From the NCBI GenBank assembly GCA_963727805.1, contig CAVSHF010000005.1:416001-480000 (forward strand): a stretch of DNA of 64,000 nt. Reading direction: 5' to 3'. This document shows, one piece after another, positions 39,645-51,947 of the stretch (within the stretch, counting starts at the first letter, position 1; each line of letters starts with the position of its first letter). The notes beneath the pieces were generated by a model. It had not been told where the DNA came from and did not search any database. It saw only the letters and a program-made list of their open reading frames with translations. The translations under genes were made by a program, and so were the position numbers. Source of the DNA: an uncultured Nitrospiraceae bacterium (GTDB lineage: Bacteria > Nitrospirota > Thermodesulfovibrionia > Thermodesulfovibrionales > Dissulfurispiraceae).

Positions 39645-40247
39645 TACCTTTACCTCCTGTTATGGAGCGGAATAGCAGATCCGTTCCCTGTCAAAAGCTT
39701 GTTGTAAGCAAGAGGCCGACACAACTTCAGAATCGTTACAATATCGACATCACACACCTGGTAGGCCGTCAGGTCCATGGTTTTCATGCCGTTCATTTTT
39801 CACATGAGCATGTCACTTAAAATGACACATTGTTTGAATCTTTGCCAAAGTTTTAATCCCCTCCTTAAACGATAAGGCAATATATGTCCGGTAGCAGGCA
39901 TTGTTAACGAAGCTGCTACAGCAAATACCGAAAAATGACTAACCCTCTCATTATGCTTTCTTTATTGACAGCAGCTCTCCTATAAATGATAGACAAGAAA
40001 TATAAGCAGGAGGTTACAAGCGTGAAGATACTGCAGGAGAAAAAGTTAAAGTGCCTTGCGAGACTACATTGAATTTACTGCTTAATGAATGAAAAGATAT
40101 CCACCTCCCAACATTCTTGGTTTGCGTCGGGGTAACCACAAGATGGGATTCTATCTCCACAAGAGACATTTTTCGCATGAAATGATATTTTCTGCCCCAT
40201 ACGCTCAGCACTACGTTGACTGTTGTACAATGATTTAAGGCAGGTCA

Positions 40248-40465
40248 CTGTGAACGTTTCAGTCATGAACCAAATGGACTTGGGATCAAAAAGGGTTGAT
40301 AACATTGTTTTTGAATTAATCACTTTGTTTCTCTTTTATTCACAAACAAAAGTTGTTGTTCTTGAAACTATAGCTTGTTTTTGGATTATCGATCTGGGTT
40401 GGCAACATCAAGTAAGCGAAAATGTAGACAAAATAGTTTTGTTGAGAGTCGCATCCCCGCCGCCA
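40248..40465 (+). repeat. Degenerate direct repeat, internally deleted copy
   Basis: Second copy of 35592-36004 lacking about 200 bp. Confidence 0.85.
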
Positions 40466-40772
40466 TTTTTCTTGCAGAGGAATAAAAAGCAAAACGCTCT
40501 TGCAAGCACCCTAAACTGGATATTCCTGATCATCACAGATACCCGTTACAGACGTTCGTTCGACAATACTATCCCATGACAGTTGTGTCTAAATCATCAA
40601 GACAGTATATTTCCGGGATGAAATCCACGCTAGATGATTTGTTAATATATTGACCCGTCCCCCGCCCCTATAAAAGTGCTTTGTGTTAATATTAATCATT
40701 AATTAGATGAGGTTTCCTTCGATAGAAAAAAGCAGTTGAAAGTGATAGGCTTAGGGGGTCTGATATTTAACT

Positions 40773-42058
40773 GTGAAACCTCGAGGTAAATTAGACACTG
40801 CCTCATTGTTACGCAAAAAAGCAGAAAAGAAGCTGCAAGATGAGAACAATCGCTTGCAAGACCTCTCCGCTGTTGACAGCAAGCGTCTTGTTCACGAACT
40901 CGCAACTCATCAGATTGAGCTAGAAATGCAGAACGTAGAGTTGCGAGAGGCCCAGCAAGAGCTGGAGGCGTCTCACATAAAGTATTCTGAACTGTTCGAC
41001 TTTGCTCCAATCGGCTATTTCACCCTTGATAAAAATACACACGTGCTCGAGGTCAACCTCACCGGCGCAACCCTGCTAGGAATCGAGAGGCGTCTTTTGA
41101 TAAACTCTCCGTTTGGTGCTTTCGTTGCCAATGCCGCTGACCAATACACTTTTCATGATCACTGTAGAGAGGTCCTAGAAAAACAGGAACTAAGGACCTG
41201 TGAACTCAGGCTTAAGAGGAAAGACGGCACCGTCTTTTATGCGCAGTTACAAAGTGCTCCCACGGAAGGCTTGAAGGCTGGCATCACGGGATTCAAAACG
41301 ATGGTGAGCGATATCAGTGAGCGCAGGCACGCCGTGGACAAGCTAACATATGCAATGGCTGAATTGGCCCGTTCCAATGCAGAACTGGAACAATTCGCCT
41401 ATATAACGTCGCACGACTTGCAGGAGCCGCTCCGAATGGTATCAAGTTTCGTTCAACTTTTGGAGAGACGCTATAAAGGCAGACTTGATCAGGACGCCGA
41501 CGATTTCATCATGTATGCGGTGGACGGTGTCAATCGCATGCAAAGCTTAATTACCGATCTTCTTGCGTATTCACAGGTAGGCTCCCGGGGCAGACAATTC
41601 GAACCAGTGTCCAGTGAGGTCGCACTTAATTGTGCTCTGTCGAATTTACTGGTGGTTATTGACCAGAGCGGTGCGATTGTTACGCGGGACGCGCTGCCAG
41701 TAGTGATGGGGGATGACATCCAGCTTGTGCAACTTTTCCAGAATCTTATAGGCAACTCTATCAAGTTTTGTGGCGACCAGGCGCCCCGCATCCATATTTC
41801 GGCTGATAAACAAGGAGACGAATGGGTCTTTTCCATCCGTGATAACGGCATCGGCTTAGCACCCGAATATTTTGAGCGAATATTTTCGCTCTTTCAGCGA
41901 CTGCACAACAGAAAAGAATTTCCGGGAACCGGAATAGGCTGGCTATCTGCAAGAAGGTGGTAGAGCACCATGGCGGAAGGATTTGGTTGAAATCGGAACC
42001 GGGCAGAGGTTCGACATTTTATTTCACGATACCAGTGTGTTTGAGTCAAGTATCATGA
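40773..42058 (+). pseudogene. PAS sensor histidine kinase, frameshifted near 41940
   Basis: SHDLQEPLR H-box, N and G1 boxes; after GTGIG the sequence [23 protein letters not shown] continues in another frame to TGA at 42058. Confidence 0.85.
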
Positions 42059-43887
42059 CAAATATGAATCGGCCTATCAAGATTCTACTCATCGAGGACA
42101 ATCCCGGAGATGTTCGTATTATTCAGGAGATGCTGGCTGACGAAAAAGGTGATTTCTTTACCGTGGAATGCCATGATCGGTTGTCTGGGGCACTACATAG
42201 GCTGACTGAGAATAGAGTGGATGTGGTCCTGTTGGATTTAGGGCTACCTGACAGCCAGGGGCTCGATACCTATGCAAATGTGCATGCTCAATTTCCCCGG
42301 CTGCCGATTATAGTCTTATCCGGTCTTCACGATGAGAACATAGCGGTCAGAGCGGTCAGAAAAGGGGCCCAGGATTATTTGGTGAAGGGACAGATCGACG
42401 GTAAACTGCTGGTCCGCTCTATGCGGTATGCTATCGAACGCAAGAGGGCAGAAGAGGCACTTCTCAGGGCCCGTGATGAATTGGAAATAAGAGTTAAGGC
42501 GCGAACTGCTGAACTGTTTAGAGCCAATGAGGCGTTGGAAGCTGAAATTCGGGAGCGCAAACGAATGGAAGAGATAATAAGACAGCAGGCTACTCATGAT
42601 TCTCTTACCGGCTTGCCCAACAGAATACTTTTTCTGGACCATCTTACCCTCGGACTTACTCAGGCACGACGTAATCGCAATATGCTTGCCGTGCTATTTT
42701 TAGACCTCGATCGATTCAAGTTCGTCAATGATACTTTGGGACATGCTGCAGGCGATCAGTTGCTGATTAATGTTGCCGGGCGGCTGAAGACCTGTGTTCG
42801 CGAATCAGACACCGTTGCCCGTATTGGCGGTGATGAGTTCACCCTCCTGCTACCGGATATCACCCAGGTAGAAGATGCGGCCTTTATTGGAAGGAAAATT
42901 ATATCGGTCCTGAAAGAGCCTTATGGACTTTGCGGCCATCAAATACATATAACGGTGAGTCTCGGAATCAGCATCTATCCGGACGATGGTGACAATCCTG
43001 AAAAACTGCTTATGAACGCCGATATAGCCATGTACCACGCGAAAGAACAGATGATGAACGATTGCTCATTCTTCAATTCGGTCATGAACAACAACAGCCT
43101 TGAGCGGATGAAACTGGGGAATGACCTCCGGCGGTCTCTGGAACGGGAAGAACTGATTGTTTACTACCAGCCTCTAATGGATAGCAATACCGGAAAGATG
43201 GTCTGTGCCGAGGCACTCGTGCGTTGGAAACATCCGGAACTGGGGCTGCTCGAGGCCTTACAATTTATTCCCCTTGCGGGGGGGATCGGGTTTCTCATGT
43301 CGATTGACCGATGGGTAATGACTACCGCCTGCGCGCAGAATAAGCAATGGCAGAATGCAGGATACCCTCCTTTCTGTGTTACGGTAAATCTCTCGGCCCA
43401 TTGGTTTCATCAGGCAAACCTTGTAGAAGTCGTCTCCCAGGTGTTGCGGGAAACCGGCCTCAGCCCTGAGTTCCTGGGGCTTGAAATTACCGAGAGTACT
43501 GCCATGCAGGACGTGGAGCAGACTATTCTGACCCTAAACCACTTGATGGATATGGGTGTGAGGGTGTTGATGGACGATTTCGGCACCGGATACTCCTCAT
43601 TGAACTGGCTGAAGAAATTCCCCATCCAAAAACTCAAGATCGACAAATCCTTCATCAATGAACTCCAAAAGAATCCGGATGACAAGGCGATTGTCAATGC
43701 GATAGTGACAATGGCCCATAATCTGAAAATGATGGTTGTTGCAGAGGGCGTGGAGACCGAAAACCAATTGTCGTTCTTGCGCTCAAGCGGCTGTGATGAG
43801 ATACAGGGATTTCTTTTGGGCATGCCGCTGCCTCCTGATGATTTCAAAAAGATTCTGGTAAAACCTGAAAACAACTGCAAGAGTTAA
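42055..43887 (+). CDS. Response regulator with GGDEF and EAL domains
   Basis: [14 protein letters not shown] receiver, [17 protein letters not shown]; start placed at the ATGA overlap. Confidence 0.93.
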   Translation: MTNMNRPIKILLIEDNPGDVRIIQEMLADEKGDFFTVECHDRLSGALHRLTENRVDVVLLDLGLPDSQGLDTYANVHAQFPRLPIIVLSGLHDENIAVRAVRKGAQDYLVKGQIDGKLLVRSMRYAIERKRAEEALLRARDELEIRVKARTAELFRANEALEAEIRERKRMEEIIRQQATHDSLTGLPNRILFLDHLTLGLTQARRNRNMLAVLFLDLDRFKFVNDTLGHAAGDQLLINVAGRLKTCVRESDTVARIGGDEFTLLLPDITQVEDAAFIGRKIISVLKEPYGLCGHQIHITVSLGISIYPDDGDNPEKLLMNADIAMYHAKEQMMNDCSFFNSVMNNNSLERMKLGNDLRRSLEREELIVYYQPLMDSNTGKMVCAEALVRWKHPELGLLEALQFIPLAGGIGFLMSIDRWVMTTACAQNKQWQNAGYPPFCVTVNLSAHWFHQANLVEVVSQVLRETGLSPEFLGLEITESTAMQDVEQTILTLNHLMDMGVRVLMDDFGTGYSSLNWLKKFPIQKLKIDKSFINELQKNPDDKAIVNAIVTMAHNLKMMVVAEGVETENQLSFLRSSGCDEIQGFLLGMPLPPDDFKKILVKPENNCKS

Positions 43888-43902
43888 GAATGTAATTGTA
43901 TA

Positions 43903-46018
43903 ATGCCGACAGAATCATAACCCCGTAAAATTCCTTGGAACCTCCTGATAATATTCTTCATTTTGGTAACTGCCATTACTGTCCTCGGATACATTTTTTT
44001 TGGAAGCCAGAAGGAGCACATGAGGAAGGAAAAGCAACATGATCTCTCAGCCATTGTGAATTTGAAGGTCACCCAGATCGTGAACTGGCGAAAGGAACGT
44101 CTGGGAGATCTGTCCTTTATTCTTAACAACCCATTGATCTTTTCCCAAATTCATGAATGGCTGCACAACCCGAGCAGCACCCGCCAAAGAGATAATATAT
44201 CGACATGGATGAAATCCTTACGTGAACGCTACCAGTTTAACCGCATCATCATTGTAAACGCTGATTGTAGTGTTCTGCTTTTAGTCCCTGAAGGGCCTGA
44301 TATTCTCGGACCTAATGACAAAAGGCTGATTGGCGAGGCAATGGAGACCAAAAGGCTGATCTTCTCAGATATATATGGCAGTAAGATTGCGAAGGCTACA
44401 CGTCTCAGTATTGTAGCCCCGATCATACATCCAGAGCGGAATAAAGGTTTGTCGGATGGGGCCTTCCTGTTGCGTATTGACCCGTACGAGTTTCTCTATC
44501 CGCTTATCCAATCATGGCCCACGCTGAGTCCGACGGCTGAGACACTGATGGTTCGCCGCGAGGGCAATGATGTACTCTTTCTTAACGAGCTACGCCACCG
44601 CAAAAACACAGCTCTTACCCTTCGCTACCCAATAGAGGAAAAAACCCTTATTGCAGCAAGGGCTGCAAGAGGCGAGGTAGGCGTCGTCGAGGGCGTCGAT
44701 TATCGTGGAGTTATGGTCCTTGCGGCAATTAAACCTGTGCCCGACTCGACATGGATAGTCATTTCTAAAGTGGACGAAGAGGAGGTCTATGCACCTGTTC
44801 GTAAGCTCTTCTGGATTATAGTAGCGTCAGGAGGAGTTCTCATAATAGCAGCGGGAGCAGGCATTGGTTTCATCTGGCGTCATCAACTAGCGCAGTTTTA
44901 CCTTAAACAATACGAGTCTGAACTCGAAAATTTGGCGCTTATCCGGCATTTTAAACCTTACCAAGTATGCCAATGATATCATTCTCATGTCGGACAAAAA
45001 TGGAAATATAATCGAGGCAAATGAAAAGGCGGCTGCTTCCTATGGGCATACGCGTGAAGAGCTGTTTCAATTGAAATTAACAGACATGCAGTCTCACGAG
45101 GTAGTCGATGAATATGTAGAACAAATGAAGCGACTTGAAGTCAGCAGCGAGAAGGGTGTGGCATTCGAAACAGTGCACCGGAGGAAAGACAATACGACCT
45201 TCCCGGTGGAAGTAAGTGCACGGCAAATGGAGATCGAAGGGACCGACTTTTATCAGTTTATCATTAGGGATATCAGTGAGCGGAAGCAGGCTGAGGAAAA
45301 GCTTTCACAGACAATGGAAGAATTGGTCCGTTCCAATGAAGAACTTGAAAAATTCGCCTATGTGGCGTCGCACGACTTACAGGAGCCGCTGCGCATGGTA
45401 GCAAGCTTTGTACAGCTTTTGTCAAAACGATATAAAGGAAAACTTGATTCCGATGCCGACGATTTTATAAACTACGCGGTGGATGGCGCCAACCGGATGC
45501 AGATCTTAATCAATGACCTTTTGGCTTATTCTAGGGTGGGGAGGCGAGGCAAAGAATTCAAAGAGATATCGTGCGAGAGGGCTTTAGATCGTGCTCTGTC
45601 GAATTTGAGGGTAGCCGTTGAACAGAGCGGTGCGGTGTGTTACTCGGGACCCGTTGCCTATCGTGACAGGCGATTACTCTCAGCTTGTGCAGCTATTCCA
45701 GAACCTCATCGGCAACGCTATCAAGTTTTGCAGGGACCGAACGCCCTGCATCCATATTTTGGCTGATCAGAAAGGAAACGAATGGTTTTTTCCGTCCGTG
45801 ATAATGGTATCGGCATAGAACCTGATTATTTTGAGCGCATGTTTTTCATGTTTCAGCGTCTGCAGGACAGAAAAGAATATCCCGGGACCGGCATAGATCT
45901 GGCTATCTGCAGGAAGGTCGTGGAACGTCATGGAGGAAGGATATGGGTGGAGTCAGAACTGGGCAAGGGCTCGACTTTTTATTTCACATTACCTGCGCAA
46001 AGGGAGCTTAAATCATGA
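43903..46018 (+). pseudogene. Membrane sensor + PAS histidine kinase, broken
   Basis: In-frame TAA at 43918 and frameshifts near 44955, 45636 and 45790; the pieces carry the sensor, PAS, SHDLQEPLR and HATPase boxes in order. Confidence 0.85.
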
Positions 46019-46464
46019 GGAGTGCTGATCAGCCTGTCGAGATTTTACTGGTAGAGGACAATCCCGGAGATGTGCGACTGACCTTAGAAGTGTTGAAGGA
46101 TGCAAGAGTCCGCAACAACATAAGCATGGTCAACGATGGCGTTGCAGCACTGGCGTTTCTCCGGCAGGAAGGGGATTATGTTAACGCACCACGTCCAGAC
46201 CTCATACTGCTTGACCTAAACCTGCCGAAAAAAAATGGTCTGGAAGTGCTGGCCGATATCAAAGCGGACCACGACCTGCGTGGCATCCCCGTGGTTATCC
46301 TTACAGTCTCTGGGGACGAAGAGGATTACCTGAAGTCATACGATCTATATGCAAACTGTTGTATTACAAAGCCGCTCGATCTGGACCAGTTCGTCAATGT
46401 AATTAGATCCATTGAGGACTTTTGGCTGACCATTGTCAAATTACCGCCACACAGCAAGAGATGA
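46015..46464 (+). CDS. Single-domain response regulator (Rcp1-like)
   Basis: [28 protein letters not shown]. Confidence 0.92.
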   Translation: MRSADQPVEILLVEDNPGDVRLTLEVLKDARVRNNISMVNDGVAALAFLRQEGDYVNAPRPDLILLDLNLPKKNGLEVLADIKADHDLRGIPVVILTVSGDEEDYLKSYDLYANCCITKPLDLDQFVNVIRSIEDFWLTIVKLPPHSKR

Positions 46465-47531
46465 ACAATAATCCGATAAAAATATTATTGATCGAAGACA
46501 ACCCCGGAGACGCGCGCCTCATTAGAGAATTGCTGACAGAGGCAAATAGCGCCCCTTTTATACTGGAATGGCGCGACCACCTAAATGCAGGCCTGCAGTG
46601 GCTGACTGAATATGGTGCTGATGTAGTCCTACTGGATTTGGGATTACCCGACAGCCAAGGGCTTGACACCTATGCAAAAGTGCATGATCAATTTCCCCGG
46701 CTGCCGATTGTAGTCTTGTCCGGTCTTCACGACGAGTCCATGGCAGTTAAGGCAGTCAGAGATGGAGCGCAGGACTATCTGGTCAAGGGGCAGATTGACG
46801 GTAAACTACTATTCCGTTCTATGCGGTATGCTATCGAACGCAAGCAGACATCCGAAGCATTGCAACAATCTCATGAACAATTGCGTAGCCTTACAATGCA
46901 CTTGCAATCGGTCAGAGAAGCAGAGCGGGCGAGCCTGGCTCGGGCGATACATGACGAATTGGGACAGTTATTGACGGGTATGAAAGTGCATTTGCTGTGG
47001 TTCACGAAGAAGTGCGCGGATCAGAAAGATATAGTCGATAAGGCGCAATTATTATTAAATCTTGTTGAATCAGCCGCAAAGTCGACCAAGAGGATGTGCA
47101 CAGATTTGAGGCCGTCGATACTAGACCATTTTGGCATTGGAGCGGCAATTGAGTGGCAAGCGGAAGAATTTGAAACTAGGATGGGTATTGAATGCAAGGT
47201 CACGATAGTTCCTAAGGATATAGTCTTAGATGAAGAACGCTCAATAGCTCTATTCAGGATTTTCCAGGAAGCACTCACAAATATCCTCAAACATGCAAAC
47301 GCAACAAAAGTAGTAGTAAGCCTGAAGGAAGAAGCAGATAAGATAACATTAGAAGTCAGTGATAACGGCAGAGGAATTGCTAAAGATGAGATTTCAAAGC
47401 CTCATTCTTTTGGGCTTCTGGGGATGCGCGAGCGTGTTTATCCCTGGAAAGGAAAAGTGAGTGTTAGCGCCCCACGCAGAGGCACCAGAATTGAAGTAAT
47501 CATTCCGATGGAAAAAGTAAGCACATGTTAG
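46461..47531 (+). CDS. Receiver + HisKA_3 histidine kinase
   Basis: Receiver domain, [22 protein letters not shown]. Confidence 0.9.
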   Translation: MNNNPIKILLIEDNPGDARLIRELLTEANSAPFILEWRDHLNAGLQWLTEYGADVVLLDLGLPDSQGLDTYAKVHDQFPRLPIVVLSGLHDESMAVKAVRDGAQDYLVKGQIDGKLLFRSMRYAIERKQTSEALQQSHEQLRSLTMHLQSVREAERASLARAIHDELGQLLTGMKVHLLWFTKKCADQKDIVDKAQLLLNLVESAAKSTKRMCTDLRPSILDHFGIGAAIEWQAEEFETRMGIECKVTIVPKDIVLDEERSIALFRIFQEALTNILKHANATKVVVSLKEEADKITLEVSDNGRGIAKDEISKPHSFGLLGMRERVYPWKGKVSVSAPRRGTRIEVIIPMEKVSTC

Positions 47532-47591
47532 TGGTAAGCCTTGACCTTGAATTTAATCTGGCAAAGACAGTTACCACGATCCAATCCAAAG

Positions 47592-48806
47592 ATGAACAAT
47601 AATCCGATAAAAATATTATTGATCGAAGACAACCCTGGAGACGCACGCCTCATTAAGGAAATGTTGATCGAGGCAAAGAGTGCCCCCTTTATACTGGAAT
47701 GGCGCGACCGGCTGCATGCGGGACTACAGCGGCTGACCGAGTATTGTGCTGATGTAGTCCTGCTGGATTTGGGATTACCCGACAGCCAAGGGCTTGACAC
47801 TTATGCAAAAGTGCATGATCAATTTCCCCGGCTGCCGATTGTTGTCTTATCCGGTCTTCACGACGAGTCCGTGGCAGTTAAGGCAGTCAGGAACGGCGCG
47901 CAGGACTATTTGGTCAAGGGGCAGATTGATGGGCGATTGATGGCTCGCTCTATGCGATATGCTATCGAACGCAAGAACGCGGAGGAAGCGCTTCAAGAAG
48001 CGCACGACAATTTGGAACGGCGTGTGAAAGAACGCACTGTTGAATTATCAAATTTAAATGATCAATTGAAAGAAGAAATAGAGATTCGGAAACGAGCTGA
48101 AGAGGGATTAAAAGAACTGACGAATGCGTTGAAAGTTACTAACACTGACCTTATGAATTTTACTCATGTGATCTCACATGATTTGAAATCCCCATTGCAC
48201 ACAATTGGGGGGTTCGCAAACCTGCTGGCAAGGCGTTATAAGGGCAAAATCGATGCCGGAGCTGATGAAATTCTTGATGACATCGTTAACGGGGTTAATA
48301 GGATGCAGGAGCTTATTAAGGGCCTTTTGGAGTATTCTCAAGCCAGAACGAAAAAGAAACAATTCAAGCCGATTGCGTGCACCTCTGTTGTCAAAAAGGC
48401 TGTTAGTAATCTGGAGGCAGTAATCGACGCAAATAATGCCTCAATAACCTATGATGACCTTCCGACGATACGGGCTGATTCTCTTCAGTTGATCAGTTTA
48501 TTCCAGAACTTGATTGACAATGCCATTAAGTATCGAAAAGAGGAAGACCCGAGAATTCATGTTTCTGCTAAACAAAAAGGCAATGAATGGATCTTTTCTA
48601 TTCGGGATAATGGCATTGGAATAGACTCAAGAGGCTCAGAGCGGATATTTGGAATGTTCCAGCGCCTAAGCAATGACCAATCCGGAACTGGTATCGGTCT
48701 GGCAACCTGCAAGGAGATTGCTAAACGACATGGTGGCCGTATCTGGGTAGAGTCTAATCCGGGAAAAGGCTCAACATTTTACTTCACAATCGCTGTTGAA
48801 AATTAG
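47592..48806 (+). CDS. Receiver + HisKA histidine kinase
   Basis: Receiver domain, SHDLKSPL, NLIDNAIKY, DNGIG, GTGIGL. Confidence 0.92.
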   Translation: MNNNPIKILLIEDNPGDARLIKEMLIEAKSAPFILEWRDRLHAGLQRLTEYCADVVLLDLGLPDSQGLDTYAKVHDQFPRLPIVVLSGLHDESVAVKAVRNGAQDYLVKGQIDGRLMARSMRYAIERKNAEEALQEAHDNLERRVKERTVELSNLNDQLKEEIEIRKRAEEGLKELTNALKVTNTDLMNFTHVISHDLKSPLHTIGGFANLLARRYKGKIDAGADEILDDIVNGVNRMQELIKGLLEYSQARTKKKQFKPIACTSVVKKAVSNLEAVIDANNASITYDDLPTIRADSLQLISLFQNLIDNAIKYRKEEDPRIHVSAKQKGNEWIFSIRDNGIGIDSRGSERIFGMFQRLSNDQSGTGIGLATCKEIAKRHGGRIWVESNPGKGSTFYFTIAVEN

Positions 48807-49078
48807 CTTAGAGTTACCTCAACCCAGGGGCGAGCAATGAATATTTTCTCATCCATCCATCACTTTTGAGGTTGAGGCCCATTTACGCATATATTGCCTA
48901 GCGCTTGCTCTCTTCAGATTGAATTATATGTGATATTTTAATACCTTAATACGTCTACTCAGACTATAATAAGACGGACTAGTTAGGGCATTTTTGCACT
49001 TCACTTTGCTTGTCTCTTCTTTGATAATACAACTTGAGTGCTAGTTACCAAACTCCAAAAGTTTGATCAGTTGTTCTT

Positions 49079-49309
49079 TCACGATCTCCAGTAGCCGGTC
49101 TCTCTTAGGGAAAACACCTGTTTCAACCTCAGAAAGCCTTCCATATCCCCAAAGCTTTCCGCTTGATCACGGGTAAAGTGTTGAGGATGTTTCAATGCGT
49201 CATCAGGGGTCTGCAAGTAAAGATAAGAACCCGTATGAGGGCACGTCGCTTTATATATGCAATCGCCAAGATTAGTGTTGAAACATGACAATTTACTGAT
49301 CGTATCCAT
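49079..49309 (-). CDS. Small hypothetical protein
   Basis: 76-aa ORF preceded by a G-rich RBS; no recognised motif. Confidence 0.45.
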   Translation of the reverse strand: MDTISKLSCFNTNLGDCIYKATCPHTGSYLYLQTPDDALKHPQHFTRDQAESFGDMEGFLRLKQVFSLRETGYWRS

Positions 49310-49816
49310 TCCCCCCCCTGCGTTCTGAAAACTCTGTTAAAATAGTTCTGTCGCCACCTATTAACTCAGTCAAATTTGGTGAATTGACCATCCTACCGGG
49401 GAAATTCCCACATATATCCCACCAAAACCCCCATTAGATAGCCAACTCAGAGATTTCGCTTTTCTTAAGCATGTTCCATCTGATTATGCTTTTTCCCTTT
49501 ATAAACAATAGGCTTCACACAATAGCGAGAGCTTTCGATCGAGTAAGCATCGCCCTAAGATCTTATCTGCAAACTTATATAGGCGATCTTATCGGCCGAT
49601 GCATTATTAATTAGTCAATTTATATGCCAAGTTTGAGAATGCGGGATTTATTTTTTCCCTTATGAACAGATAAATGGAGCAAATGTATGTTATTTTTAAT
49701 TATAATGACAGGCATAGGCTAAAGGGAGTTTCAGACCCGTCTTGTATATGTCTGGGGAAGACCTATTTGTTGAGATCTTGCCTTCATTTTTCCATGAGAA
49801 CTGCTATCATTAAATT

Positions 49817-50092
49817 ATGAAAACACGGGCACATCTCCTTATTAAGGGGAGAGTACAAGGGGTTGGGTTTCGCTGGTTTGTAAGTGATATCGCCACCTCT
49901 TTCGGACTGACCGGCTGGACAAAAAACCTTCCAGACGGTCGAGTCGAGGCGATTTTTGAAGGAGAGCGTAGTGCGGTCGAAGCGGCTATCGCGAGATGCG
50001 CGGAAGGGCCGCGCTCTGCAATAGTGTCCGGTATCGAAGTCAATTGGAATGAGCATCCCGAGGACCTTAGTGGTTTCGGAATCAGGTATTAG
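49817..50092 (+). CDS. acyP: Acylphosphatase
   Basis: GRVQGVGFR, GWTKNLPDGRVE. Confidence 0.95.
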   Translation: MKTRAHLLIKGRVQGVGFRWFVSDIATSFGLTGWTKNLPDGRVEAIFEGERSAVEAAIARCAEGPRSAIVSGIEVNWNEHPEDLSGFGIRY

Positions 50093-50235
50093 CCTGCAGC
50101 CATGACAAATCAGCCTTGCATCACCCATTCATCATTAATCATTATTTCTTCGTTGACTGTCGGCTGAAACGCGGATTAGAATGTTAGTAAGCACTTGCAT
50201 CCTGCAAAGATTCCGATAAGGATAAAAAAGGGGTT

Positions 50236-50300
50236 CCTGACAGTCGGCGGGATAGGCACAATGAATATCATGCTGGTATCCATTACTAAAAGGACGCGGG
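50236..50300 (+). pseudogene. Short fragment of a MacB-type ABC permease
   Basis: VGGIGTMNIMLVSITKRTR matches the [20 protein letters not shown] motif. Confidence 0.55.
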
Positions 50301-50398
50301 GAAAAATTGCAGCCTATTTGAAGAATTCTAATACATGCTCCCGATGGCTAAGAAAGAGGAGAGTAAGTCTCCCCTTTCTTAGCTCTATTGGGACTTTC

Positions 50399-51865
50399 TT
50401 ATCGAGTTGACAAAGTCAAGTAAATTGTTGAACCGTTTCTGAATATGAGTAGGAGGATATCCTCGCCGGACTTGATCTGCGATGTTACCATCTCATAGTC
50501 CTTCAGCGATGAGATCTTCTTCTTGTTGATCTCGATGAGTATATCACCTTGGGCCAATATGCCCTCGGCTGTGCTTCCCTCCTCTATTCCGCTGACAATA
50601 ACGCCCGTCGCGTGCTTAGGAATGTTCAACTTGTTCTTTATCTCGGGAGTAACATCCTGAACTTGAACTCCCTTGAGGAGGTTGTCGAATTCTTTCGCCG
50701 TCTTAAGCAGGTTGGTCGGTAGTTCGGCGATCACTATATTCATCGTTATCGGGTTTCCAGCGCGCAGGACCTTAATCATAACTTGCTTGTCAGGAGGAGT
50801 CCCTGCAACCATGTTCCTGAGTCCAACGGGATCAGTAACCTCTTTGCCATCATACTCAACAATGACATCTCCCCTCTGAATCCCGGACTTCTCAGCGGGT
50901 CCATCTTCAATGACATCTCCGACAAGAGCACCCTTTTCTTCCTTCAAGCCAAACTGCTTTGCAAGGTCAGGAGTCACCGGCTGGATCGATACCCCAAGCC
51001 ATCCCCTGACTACCTTGCCGCTTTTAATGAGACTGTCCATCACTACTTTTGCCATATTGCTCGGTATTGCAAAGCCGATACCTTGATAACCGCCTGAAGT
51101 ACTGAATATGGCAGTATTGATCCCAATAAGCTCCCCGCGAACGTTAACGAGCGCCCCGCCGGAGTTGCCAGGGTTGATCGCTGCATCGGTCTGGATAAAG
51201 TCCTCATAATCCGCGATGCCCACATTGGCCCTTCCCATAGCGCTTACAATCCCTGAGGTAACGGTTTGGTTAAGGCCGAAAGGATTGCCGATCGCAATCA
51301 CTGTTTCACCTACCCTCATTTTGTCGGAGTCTCCCATTTTGATCACCGGCAGATTATGGGCTTCGATCTTGATGATGGCAAGGTCTGTTTTAGGGTCCGT
51401 TCCGAGGACTTTACCCTTGAACTCACGCTTATCCGAGAGCCTGATCTTGATGTCGTCAGCATCCTTTACGACGTGATTGTTGGTAAGGATATATCCATCC
51501 TTATCTGCAATAACGCCCGACCCTAAACTAGCCTGCTTGAATTCCTTCGGTTTTTCAAGACCGCCATACTCATCACCAAAGAACCGCTTTAACATGGGGT
51601 CGTTAAGAAATGGGTGCGGTATGCCCTGCGATTTGATGGTGCGCGTAGAGGATATATTGACGATCGCAGGTTTTACTGCAGCGACAACTTCCGCCATCGC
51701 TGCTCCAGTTTTTGACAGTGTCTCGATAGCTCCCTTAGATATCGCTGGCTCCTCCGAATAGGCCGTGGAGTGTAAATTGAGCCCCGTGGAGATTCCGAGT
51801 CCGATAATGATGCCCACAAGGGCAAATATTGCTGCGATGAGCAGCGTCTTCTTTGTTGTTACCAT
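50399..51865 (-). CDS. DegP/DegQ (HtrA) serine protease with two PDZ domains
   Basis: TNNHV, DLAI, GNSGG, GNPFGL. Confidence 0.95.
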   Translation of the reverse strand: MVTTKKTLLIAAIFALVGIIIGLGISTGLNLHSTAYSEEPAISKGAIETLSKTGAAMAEVVAAVKPAIVNISSTRTIKSQGIPHPFLNDPMLKRFFGDEYGGLEKPKEFKQASLGSGVIADKDGYILTNNHVVKDADDIKIRLSDKREFKGKVLGTDPKTDLAIIKIEAHNLPVIKMGDSDKMRVGETVIAIGNPFGLNQTVTSGIVSAMGRANVGIADYEDFIQTDAAINPGNSGGALVNVRGELIGINTAIFSTSGGYQGIGFAIPSNMAKVVMDSLIKSGKVVRGWLGVSIQPVTPDLAKQFGLKEEKGALVGDVIEDGPAEKSGIQRGDVIVEYDGKEVTDPVGLRNMVAGTPPDKQVMIKVLRAGNPITMNIVIAELPTNLLKTAKEFDNLLKGVQVQDVTPEIKNKLNIPKHATGVIVSGIEEGSTAEGILAQGDILIEINKKKISSLKDYEMVTSQIKSGEDILLLIFRNGSTIYLTLSTR

Positions 51866-51947
51866 CTTTCTCCTCCTTGCACTATAATGTTGAATTTTGT
51901 AATTTCCGAATTATATCTTTAATTTTACACATTTTTCGGTCGCTTCC

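Noticed and set aside
40223..40579. 118-aa ORF
   Set aside because: It runs across the deleted repeat copy and is best explained as a by-product of that duplication
49612..49630. Sigma54-like promoter TGGCAT-N5-TTGAC on the minus strand
   Set aside because: The -12 GC is missing
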